The position numbers and the translations under genes were made by a program. Under the pieces are notes generated by a model that searched no databases, was not told where the DNA came from, and saw nothing but the letters and a program-made list of their open reading frames with translations. A stretch of DNA of 40,347 nucleotides, filler included, from Mycoplasmatota bacterium (GTDB lineage Bacteria > Bacillota_I > Bacilli_A > RF39 > UBA660): NCBI GenBank assembly GCA_012727915.1. It is 4 parts of 4 records of this genome, joined end to end, with 100 filler letters (N's around TTAATTAATTAA, not from the genome) between each part and the next. Parts side by side here need not be neighbours in the genome. Positions count along the whole stretch, not along the records: positions 10,275 to 20,859 come from JAAYGD010000019.1; 3 more parts are not named here. One strand, given 5' to 3'. Of this stretch, positions 10,275-18,429 are shown one piece after another (position 1 is the first letter of the stretch; each line of letters begins with the position of its first letter).

Positions 10275-11450
10275 GGAAAAAAGTCTACTGATTCATTAAA
10301 AAATATAGAAGAAATAAAAAAAGAATATACTGATTTAATATTAGTATTTCAAGAAAAAATAGATGTATTAACTAAAGCGCGAATAACTTATGAAAAAGAA
10401 ACACATAGAGGAGTTGAGTCTATAGCAAGCGTATCTCAAACACCAAACCCAACATCAACACCAAGCTCAACATCAACACCAAACCCAACATCAACACCGA
10501 GTGCAACGGATGAACCAATTGTAGCTCCAATATTAACACCACCACCAACCTTAGAACCAACGGATTCATCTAATATTCAAGATAATTCTTATATGCAAAA
10601 TGCAAATACTATAAAAGTTGATAATGGAATGTTACGTAACTTGGGAGTTAAATTTGATGGTGATGTTCCCAGAATGTATCAAAATGCTTATATATCTAGT
10701 TTAGGAGGAATGGATTATTTGGTTTCTTTTCCTAAAAATAATTTTGGAGAAACCCCAACAAATTTACCGGTTTTTGTTGAATTTCATGGAAATTCAGCAT
10801 CAAAAAATTGGGAAAAAGCTGGAGTTACTAACTCAACGTCGTTTAATGCTTTTATGGCGGGACCTGTTATGGGATTAAAGGCTACTCAAAATAATCCAAA
10901 TTTGCCGGCTATTATAATTATGCCACAATCTTCTGTACCTGGATTTATTGGCAATAATCTAGAAAGAGTTCATAATATTTATACCACTGTATCAAGTTCT
11001 TTAGATTCTGACAAGGCTGGTTTTAATGCTAATGTATTTAGTGCGGGTGGATCGGGTTTTTATAGATATTGTAAAGAATACTCTTCTGATGTAAAGGCAG
11101 CATATATTGTGGATCCGTCTACTTATGCTGATAAATTATCTAATGTTCCGCAAAATATACCGGTATATGTATTTACTTCAACTGATTCCGGCCCTTATAA
11201 CAGTCAGTTTTTAAAAGCTGTTGATAATTTAAATGCAAATTTAACAACACACGCTAATTTGTCAAAAGATGAACCTATTGAATTACTTAATATGATAGGA
11301 AATCCAAATTTAAATGGATATAATTTAATTAATGTTAATAATACTAAACATGAAGAATTAAGAGATTTGGTTTTTACACAAGATTTTTTTAACACTGTAT
11401 TAGCAAAAGATTTCAATCAACCAAATATGTGGATGTCCGCTTCAGAATAG
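10275..11450 (+). CDS. WXG100-like domain + P/T linker + alpha/beta-hydrolase, putative T7SS substrate, paralogue 1 (5' truncated)
   Basis: Frame of the 10593 ORF is open back to contig start (GKKSTDSLKNIEEIKKEYTDLILVFQEKID...), 37/49 aa identical to the WXG region of the next gene; hydrolase motifs LPVFVEFHG, AIIIMPQ, VFSAGG, IVDP, KH. Confidence 0.8.
   Translation, partial: GKKSTDSLKNIEEIKKEYTDLILVFQEKIDVLTKARITYEKETHRGVESIASVSQTPNPTSTPSSTSTPNPTSTPSATDEPIVAPILTPPPTLEPTDSSNIQDNSYMQNANTIKVDNGMLRNLGVKFDGDVPRMYQNAYISSLGGMDYLVSFPKNNFGETPTNLPVFVEFHGNSASKNWEKAGVTNSTSFNAFMAGPVMGLKATQNNPNLPAIIIMPQSSVPGFIGNNLERVHNIYTTVSSSLDSDKAGFNANVFSAGGSGFYRYCKEYSSDVKAAYIVDPSTYADKLSNVPQNIPVYVFTSTDSGPYNSQFLKAVDNLNANLTTHANLSKDEPIELLNMIGNPNLNGYNLINVNNTKHEELRDLVFTQDFFNTVLAKDFNQPNMWMSASE
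10440..10499 (+). repeat. 18-bp tandem repeat encoding TP(N/S)(P/S)TS linker
   Basis: acaccaaacccaacatca / acaccaagctcaacatca / acaccaaacccaacatca / acaccg. Confidence 0.85.
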
Positions 11451-11482
11451 AGTTTGTATTAAATAATAATAAAGAGGTGTTT

Positions 11483-12781
11483 ATGAATAATGTTTCAGTA
11501 GATTTAAGTAAAATGTTAAGTATTGAAAATGAATTAATTGTCTTAAAAGACAAGTTTTCAAACAAAATAAATGAAATAAATACAAGTATTGATTTAATAG
11601 ATAGTAATTGGGATGGAAAAAAATCAAATGAAACTTTAAAGAGTATAGAGGATATAAAAAAAAAATATAATGATTTGATATTAGTATTTCAAGAAAAAAT
11701 AGATGCATTAACTAAAGCAAGAACAACTTATGAAAATGAAACAAATAAAGGAGTTGAATCTACAGCAACAACAAGTCCGACGGCGACACCAAGTCCGACG
11801 GCGACACCGAGTCAGACAGCAACACCAAGCCCACAACCTCAATCAACAGTGGAAGCAACCACAAAACCCTATATGCCTACACACGATTTTTCAGGAAGCA
11901 CAGAAGCAATTGTTTTAGACAACCATGTGTTAAAAGATTTAGGAGTAGTTTTTGATGCTTCGGGAAATCCTATGAAAGTTGGAAATACATATGTAATAAA
12001 GCAACCTTATGGTAAGGGTTATAAAAACAATTTATTATATTTACCTGTTAATGAAAATGGAGATGTTCCAAAAAACTTACCAGTATTAATTGAACTTCAT
12101 GGAAATAATGAGGCGTCTAATTATATTGATGTTACTGAAATGCCTAATGTTATGGGAATTAGAGAAACAAATAATAATCCTAATTTGCCAGCAATTATCA
12201 TTATTCCCCAAGTAGATAACCCTAGATATTATGCTGATGATATAGATCCTATACATGATTACTATACTCAAGTAAAAAGTACTTTTGAAACACAGGACAA
12301 AGCCTTTTTATATGGATTTAGTGCTGGTTTGCATGGCGCAACAAAATATGCTGATAAATATGGTGATACAGATATTAAAGCCGCTGTTGTATTTGACGGA
12401 GCACCTAATAGTACAACATTAAAAAATATATCTCCAGATATTCCTGTTTTAGTAGTTGCATCCAATAATAAAATTAATGAAGTAAAAAGTACTTTTAATT
12501 ATTTAAAAAATTCAAATATATCATCTAGAGTGTATGACAGAATTGATGGGAGTCAGTTCTCTTGGTCGAAAATCGATGTTAATGATTTTAATGAATATGA
12601 TTCTGGAGATCCAAGAAATAGATATCGTTCTGTATTAGAAGATGCTTTAAATGGTAAAAATTCATCAAATGGAAATTTGAGTGTTGTAAATGTTTCGGGA
12701 GCAGGGCATGCTGCAATTAGGGATTTTGGAACTGGATCATATTTCTATGATACTGTCTTGAAAGTTTTATTTAGCAATTAA
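11483..12781 (+). CDS. WXG100-like domain + P/T linker + alpha/beta-hydrolase, putative T7SS substrate, paralogue 2
   Basis: Start ATG 11483 behind GAGGTG; N-terminal helical hairpin with central NWDG; PTATPS repeats; LPVLIELHG, nucleophile elbow GFSAG, VFDG, GAGH. Confidence 0.85.
   Translation: MNNVSVDLSKMLSIENELIVLKDKFSNKINEINTSIDLIDSNWDGKKSNETLKSIEDIKKKYNDLILVFQEKIDALTKARTTYENETNKGVESTATTSPTATPSPTATPSQTATPSPQPQSTVEATTKPYMPTHDFSGSTEAIVLDNHVLKDLGVVFDASGNPMKVGNTYVIKQPYGKGYKNNLLYLPVNENGDVPKNLPVLIELHGNNEASNYIDVTEMPNVMGIRETNNNPNLPAIIIIPQVDNPRYYADDIDPIHDYYTQVKSTFETQDKAFLYGFSAGLHGATKYADKYGDTDIKAAVVFDGAPNSTTLKNISPDIPVLVVASNNKINEVKSTFNYLKNSNISSRVYDRIDGSQFSWSKIDVNDFNEYDSGDPRNRYRSVLEDALNGKNSSNGNLSVVNVSGAGHAAIRDFGTGSYFYDTVLKVLFSN
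11772..11831 (+). repeat. 18-bp tandem repeat encoding SPTATP linker
   Basis: caagtccgacggcgacac x2 then cgagtcagacagcaacac. Confidence 0.85.
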
Positions 12782-12789
12782 TGTTTTGT

Positions 12790-12819
12790 AATAAGATTAA
12801 TGAATAATCTTATTTTTTT
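12790..12819 (+). terminator. Rho-independent terminator
   Basis: aataagatta-atgaa-taatcttatt + T run. Confidence 0.7.
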
Positions 12820-12821
12820 GT

Positions 12822-12850
12822 TTGCTTTTTAGTTCTATATAATATATAAT
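12822..12850 (+). promoter_or_regulatory. Sigma-A promoter for essC operon
   Basis: TTGCTT-17-TATAAT. Confidence 0.6.
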
Positions 12851-12889
12851 TAAATAAGATAATAGGGGTTATTTAAGGATGTGATACTT

Positions 12890-15800
12890 ATGCAGTTGTT
12901 ACTTATAAAAAAAGATAAAATCGATGTTATTAAGTTACCATCTAATATTTTTGGTAGTTATTGGATTCTAGATAAAAACATAACAAAAAAGAATCAAAAT
13001 TTAATTAATGTATTTGAAGAAAACGGAAGATGGAAAATAGTAAGCAATGAGGATAATAAAATTATCGAAAGTAATGGAATAACAGCCGAATCTTCCTTTC
13101 TTTCAGAGTACAGATTTTATTATATAAAAACAAAAGACAATATTGTTTATATATTATATGCTTGTCCGGCATATGATACTAGTACAATACAATTAGATTT
13201 TAATGAATTAAAAGAAATAAATATAGGGAAAGAAAAATCAAATGAGATAGTGTATGATTTAGAAATAATAGGTGATATAAACACAAAATTAATATTTCAA
13301 GATGAAAAGTGGAAAGTATTAGATTTAAATAGTAAATTTGGAACATATTTAAATAATAAATCTATTAAAGAGTCAGTTGTGGAAAATGGAGACATTATTT
13401 TTATTATGGGTCTGAAAATAATTGTTTTGGGGAAATCATTATTAATTAATAATCCATTTAATGTTGTTTCATATAATCAAAATATTTTTAAGTTAGCAAA
13501 ACCTGTAGTCTTTGAGTTTGAAAGAACAATCGAAGATGAAGAGAATATTGAATTGTATAAAGAGGAAGATTATTTTTCTAGATCTCCAAGATTCAAGAGT
13601 TTGATTGAAAAAGAAGTAATGGTTATAGATTCCCCACCTTCTAAGCAAAGTGCTGAAGAAATGCCATTAATATATATTATCGGACCTATGCTTACGATGA
13701 GTATGATGTCTCTAATGACTGTGTTCACTTCTTTAAACAGATATTTATCTGGAGAAGCTGAATTTAATACAGTTTTACCTTCATTAGTAATAGGCCTTGC
13801 AATGATGATTAGTATGATTTTGTGGCCTTTATTAAATAAAAAATATCAAAAGAAAAAGAAAATAGAATATGAAAAAGAAAGACAAAAAAAATATGGGGCA
13901 TATATTGATTCAAGAAGAGAACAATTAGAAGCCATATCAAAAAAACAAAGACAAATATTAATTGAAAATTATCTGCCAGCACCGACATGTGAGGTAATAA
14001 TTAATAATAAAAATAGACAACTCTGGGAAAGAAAAATAGAACAACCAGATTTTTTGGCGACTAGATTGGGTATAGGGAATACTCCTTTAGAGATCGATAT
14101 TAGGTATCCGGAATCCCATTTTTCAATGGATATAGATAATTTACAAGACGAGATAAATAGAATGGTAAATGTATCTAAAGAATTAAAAGACGTTCCAATA
14201 AGTATTTCATTTTGTGAGAAAAATTATTCTGCTTTGATTGGTAAAAGAAATTTAACAAATGATTTTATTAAAGAAATATTATTACAGTTTATTACTTTTC
14301 ATAGTTATGAGGACTTAAAATTAGTTTTTTTAATGGATGATAAGTACGAAGAAGAATGGGAGTATTTAAAAACTGTTCCTCATGTATGGTCTGATGATAA
14401 AACTATTAGGTTTTTTGCAACTACTTATGAGGAAATGAAAGAATTATCTTCAATATTAGAGCAAGAATTACAAGCAAGAATTGGTTCGGAAAACAATTCA
14501 TCAAAAGATTATAAATCTTTTATTCCTTATTATATAATAATTACAAATAATTATAATGTTTCAAAAAATATAAAAATATTAGGAGATGTATTAAAACAAA
14601 AGATTAATTATGGATATAGTGTGCTTGTAATTAATGAGACGTTATCTAATTTACCTAATGAATGTACTACGTTTATTAGTATTGATAGTAATAAAGGTGG
14701 AGTTTTTGAAAGCGAATTAATTTCTACAAAACAAAAAGAGTTTTTTCTTGATAAAGCTATATTAAATAATTTAAAACCCAGTTTAAAATTGCTTGCTAAT
14801 ACTCCAATTAAATTATCTAAAGAAATGTATTCTTTACCAAAAATATATACTTTTTTAGAGATGTTTGAGGTTGGTAAAGTTGAGCAATTAAACTCTTTAT
14901 ACAGATGGAAAACAAATGATTCTATAGTGTCATTACAAACTCCTATTGGGATAGATAGTCATGGAATGATTTCTAGATTAGATGTTCACGAAAAAGCGCA
15001 TGGTCCTCATGGTTTAATAGCGGGTATGACAGGTTCAGGAAAGAGTGAATTAATATTATCTTATATTGTTTCTTTAGCGGTTAATTATCACCCCGATGAT
15101 GTATCATTTGTATTGATAGATTATAAAGGTGGATTTTTAGTAGGAGCTTTGCAAAATAATGAAATTGGTATGAAATTACCTCATTTGGCTGGTTCAATTA
15201 CTAACCTTGATAATGTAGAAATGAATAGATCGTTATTATCTATTCAAAGTGAATTAAAAAGAAGACAAAGATTATTTAATGAAGTAAGAGAACAATTAGG
15301 AGAAAGTACTATTGATATATATAAATATCAAAAATTTTATCATGAGGGTTTGATTAAAGAACCAATTCCGCATTTATTAATAATTTCAGATGAGTTTGCG
15401 GAATTAAAAACACAACAATCAGAATTTATGGATCAATTGATAAGTACTGCTCGTATAGGAAGAAGTTTGGGAGTGCATTTAATATTATCAACTCAAAAAC
15501 CATCGGGTGTTGTTAACGATCAAATTTGGAGTAATAGTAGATTTAAAATATGTTTAAAGGTTCAAGAAAAAGCAGATAGTATGGATGTAATTAAGTCTCC
15601 TGATGCTGCTAGTTTGAAACAAGTTGGAAGATATTATTTGCAAGTTGGTTATAATGAGTATTTTTCTTTAGGTCAATCTGCATGGACGGGTGCTAAATAT
15701 TTCCCCTCAGATAAAATTAAAAAGGAAATTGATACTTCTATAGATTTTATTAACAATATTGGAACCATTGTAAAAGAAGTTGAAGAACAAAAAAACTTAA

Positions 15801-17500
15801 ATTTAAATTCTGAAGGAGAACAAATAACAGCAGTAGTAAATTATTTATCAAATATAGCTAAAAAAGAAAATATTAAAGTTAAGCAATTGTGGTTAGATAG
15901 AATACCTGATAAGGTATATATAGATAAATTAATCCAAAAATATAATTATAAAGTTGAAAAAGGAATTATTAATCCAATTATTGGTGAATATGATGATCCA
16001 TTTAATCAATTTCAAGGGGTTCTTACAATGCCTCTATCAAAAGAAGGAAACGCAATAATATATGGATCAGCTGATAGTGGAAAGGAATTACTATTAAACA
16101 GCATGATATACTCATCTATTACAAGTAATTCCGTAAATGAATTAAACTATTATTTGCTAGATTTTGGAACAGAGTCATTAAGAGTATTCACGGAGGCTCC
16201 TCAAGTTGGAGATGTTCTATATTCTGATGATGTTGAAAGAGTAAATAACATAATTAAAATGATAAAAAAAGAAATTAATAATAGAAAAAAAATATTTTCA
16301 GATTATTATGGAGACTATCAATATTATGTTAAAAATAGTGGAAAAGAACTCCCTACAATTGTTGTTGTAATAAATAATTTTGAAGCATTTCAAGAAACAT
16401 ATCCAAATTATGAAGAAGAAATTATTCAAATTACTAGAGAAGGTCCTAAATATGGAATAGTATTTGTGTTTACAGTTACTACTTCTAATTCAATAAGATA
16501 TAAATTATCTAAGAATTTTAGATTGAAGATATCTTTACAATTAAATGATGAAAATGATTATTCAAACATATTCGATAGAGTAAGAGGAAAATATCCATCT
16601 AAAGTATATGGAAGAGGTTTAATTGAATTGGATGCACTTCATGAGTTTCAAACATCTCATATAAAAGATGTTGAAGATATAAATGAATATATTATTTCAA
16701 CTTGTAACGAATTAAAAAACAAATATAAAGAACGCGCTAAAGAAGTGCTTATATTGCCTGAAAAAGTTACTTTAGAATTAGTTTCTCCATATTTTAAAGG
16801 GTTATCCTATGTTCCTATTGGTATAGAAAAGGAAGAATTAGATATTTCAACTTATAATTTTGAAAAGAATTTTACTAATATAATTACTTCACAAGATTAT
16901 TCTGGTTTTAGTAAGTTTATTAATGCGTTGATATCTCAATTAAGAAAGCAAAAAGAAGCAGATTTAATAATATTAGATAATGATGATATCTATGAAACTA
17001 GTGATACAAGTGGAATTAAATATTATAGAGCAGATCCAAATCAATTTATGATTGATTTAAGTTTGGAAGTAAATGAACAATATGATTTATATAAATCAAA
17101 TAATTATAATAAAAAAATACTAGATAAATATAAAAACAAACTAATAATAATATTGGGTATAGAGAAATTTAAAAACAGATTAACGGAAGAAAATCAAAGT
17201 TTACTGGAGGATTTCTTTTCCAAATCTCAAGAGTTATTTAAGCACATGTATATATTTGTCGAAAATGTTGACAAACTCAAGAAATTAGAATACGATAATT
17301 GGTATAGGAGTATAGTTAATACTAACCAAGGAATATGGTTAGGAAATGGCATCGCAGATCAATTTTCATTGAAACTTGTTAAAGTTGGAAAAGAGCTTTA
17401 TCAAGATATAGGAAATGGTTTTGGTTACATAGTTATTCGTGGTAATCCAGTATTAGTTAAGTTAATAGAACAAGAAAAATATGAGGGTGAAATATTATGA
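12890..17500 (+). CDS. essC: Type VII secretion ATPase EssC/YukB
   Basis: N-terminal FHA-like domains (DLNSKFGTYLN), FSRSPR, two TM helices, LWER, HGPHGLIAGMTGSGKSE, IDYKGG, DEFAEL, RIGRSLGVHLIL; start ATG 12890 behind AAGGATGTGA (GTG 12881 alternative). Confidence 0.96.
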   Translation: MQLLLIKKDKIDVIKLPSNIFGSYWILDKNITKKNQNLINVFEENGRWKIVSNEDNKIIESNGITAESSFLSEYRFYYIKTKDNIVYILYACPAYDTSTIQLDFNELKEINIGKEKSNEIVYDLEIIGDINTKLIFQDEKWKVLDLNSKFGTYLNNKSIKESVVENGDIIFIMGLKIIVLGKSLLINNPFNVVSYNQNIFKLAKPVVFEFERTIEDEENIELYKEEDYFSRSPRFKSLIEKEVMVIDSPPSKQSAEEMPLIYIIGPMLTMSMMSLMTVFTSLNRYLSGEAEFNTVLPSLVIGLAMMISMILWPLLNKKYQKKKKIEYEKERQKKYGAYIDSRREQLEAISKKQRQILIENYLPAPTCEVIINNKNRQLWERKIEQPDFLATRLGIGNTPLEIDIRYPESHFSMDIDNLQDEINRMVNVSKELKDVPISISFCEKNYSALIGKRNLTNDFIKEILLQFITFHSYEDLKLVFLMDDKYEEEWEYLKTVPHVWSDDKTIRFFATTYEEMKELSSILEQELQARIGSENNSSKDYKSFIPYYIIITNNYNVSKNIKILGDVLKQKINYGYSVLVINETLSNLPNECTTFISIDSNKGGVFESELISTKQKEFFLDKAILNNLKPSLKLLANTPIKLSKEMYSLPKIYTFLEMFEVGKVEQLNSLYRWKTNDSIVSLQTPIGIDSHGMISRLDVHEKAHGPHGLIAGMTGSGKSELILSYIVSLAVNYHPDDVSFVLIDYKGGFLVGALQNNEIGMKLPHLAGSITNLDNVEMNRSLLSIQSELKRRQRLFNEVREQLGESTIDIYKYQKFYHEGLIKEPIPHLLIISDEFAELKTQQSEFMDQLISTARIGRSLGVHLILSTQKPSGVVNDQIWSNSRFKICLKVQEKADSMDVIKSPDAASLKQVGRYYLQVGYNEYFSLGQSAWTGAKYFPSDKIKKEIDTSIDFINNIGTIVKEVEEQKNLNLNSEGEQITAVVNYLSNIAKKENIKVKQLWLDRIPDKVYIDKLIQKYNYKVEKGIINPIIGEYDDPFNQFQGVLTMPLSKEGNAIIYGSADSGKELLLNSMIYSSITSNSVNELNYYLLDFGTESLRVFTEAPQVGDVLYSDDVERVNNIIKMIKKEINNRKKIFSDYYGDYQYYVKNSGKELPTIVVVINNFEAFQETYPNYEEEIIQITREGPKYGIVFVFTVTTSNSIRYKLSKNFRLKISLQLNDENDYSNIFDRVRGKYPSKVYGRGLIELDALHEFQTSHIKDVEDINEYIISTCNELKNKYKERAKEVLILPEKVTLELVSPYFKGLSYVPIGIEKEELDISTYNFEKNFTNIITSQDYSGFSKFINALISQLRKQKEADLIILDNDDIYETSDTSGIKYYRADPNQFMIDLSLEVNEQYDLYKSNNYNKKILDKYKNKLIIILGIEKFKNRLTEENQSLLEDFFSKSQELFKHMYIFVENVDKLKKLEYDNWYRSIVNTNQGIWLGNGIADQFSLKLVKVGKELYQDIGNGFGYIVIRGNPVLVKLIEQEKYEGEIL

Positions 17501-17745
17501 ATAAAGTACATGTAATATTGTTTGTTCCAATGATAGAAGAAAAATATGAAATGTTTATTCCAATTAGCAAAAAAATTGGGATAATATCAAAACTATTAAC
17601 TAAATCAATAAATGAAATGTCTGATGGAGCATTTCCAATAAAAGACTCGCTTCTATACAACAAGGATGATGGCAAAATATATGATTTTAACATCACAGTA
17701 AAAGATTCAAACATACGAAATGGTTCTGAAATAATTTTGCTATAG
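17497..17745 (+). CDS. esaB: EsaB/YukD ubiquitin-like T7SS accessory protein
   Basis: 82 aa, YEMFIP...TVKDSNIRNGSEIILL pattern; ATGA overlap with essC stop. Confidence 0.8.
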   Translation: MNKVHVILFVPMIEEKYEMFIPISKKIGIISKLLTKSINEMSDGAFPIKDSLLYNKDDGKIYDFNITVKDSNIRNGSEIILL

Positions 17746-17763
17746 TAAGGAGGTGAAATGAAT

Positions 17764-18057
17764 ATGGATATTAAATATGATCCAGCTTTAGCTGAAGAGG
17801 AAAAAACAGGTATACAAAACAAACTTAATAAAGCGGTAGCTATATTAGATAGTATTAAAACTGATGTTAATGCTCTAGTTGGAGAGGGCGGCTCATTACA
17901 AGGAGCTGAATCTGCTCCTTTCAAACAAAAAATTGATACTTCAATTGATACAATGAATAAAAATTTGAGTAGCGTAGTAAATGGATATGTAACTGCATTA
18001 GAAAAAGCCGGACAAAACATTGCGGAAGCTAGTTCTAAAAATAGTAATTTAGGTTAA
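17764..18057 (+). CDS. WXG100-like (EsxA-type) protein with LQG instead of WxG
   Basis: About 97 aa helix-turn-helix, IKYDP start, central SLQGAESAPF; strong AGGAGGTG RBS (ATG 17758 alternative). Confidence 0.75.
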   Translation: MDIKYDPALAEEEKTGIQNKLNKAVAILDSIKTDVNALVGEGGSLQGAESAPFKQKIDTSIDTMNKNLSSVVNGYVTALEKAGQNIAEASSKNSNLG

Positions 18058-18073
18058 AAATAAGGAGGAAAAT

Positions 18074-18343
18074 ATGAAATATACAGTATCATATGAAGCA
18101 ATTGATACTACCATTATGAAATTGCAAAATGCAAAAGCAGCATTAAATTCTTATGTTAATTCAATAGCAGCTTCCATAAAATATTCAGTTGGCGTAAAAA
18201 GTCATGATGTTGATAAATTAAAAAATCAATATGAAACAGAAGTTGTTCCTTCTCAAAAAGAGTTGGAAAAAGCTATTAATGAAACAATAGATTATTTAAA
18301 TAATGTTAAAAAGAATTATCAAATTGCAACTGGTCAATTATAA
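18074..18343 (+). CDS. Second small WXG100-like helical protein
   Basis: 89 aa, amphipathic helices around central SVG, C-terminal YLNNVKKNY; AGGAGG RBS; context. Confidence 0.65.
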   Translation: MKYTVSYEAIDTTIMKLQNAKAALNSYVNSIAASIKYSVGVKSHDVDKLKNQYETEVVPSQKELEKAINETIDYLNNVKKNYQIATGQL

Positions 18344-18349
18344 TAATAT

Positions 18350-18411
18350 GTCTCTATTAATAGAGACTATTTCTAATTAAAATAAACATTATTTAATTAG
18401 AAATAGTTTTT
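18350..18411 (+). terminator. Double inverted repeat / terminator after the WXG pair
   Basis: Perfect 18-bp palindrome gtctctattaatagagac (18350-18367) overlapping a 16-bp-stem hairpin actatttctaattaaa..tttaattagaaatagt (18366-18407) + TTTT. Confidence 0.75.
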
Positions 18412-18429
18412 ATGGAAAGAGTGGTAAAT

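Noticed and set aside
10440..11831. 18-bp repeats as a CRISPR array
   Set aside because: Contiguous units with no spacers, in frame within coding linkers; no cas genes
11204..12465. Small ORFs inside the hydrolase genes as hidden immunity proteins
   Set aside because: Fully overlap the effectors, lack RBSs, and the Q/R-rich one is an alternate-frame reading of the linker repeat
17457..18020. 187-aa minus-strand ORF
   Set aside because: Antisense to esaB and the WXG-like gene, which have RBSs and coherent context
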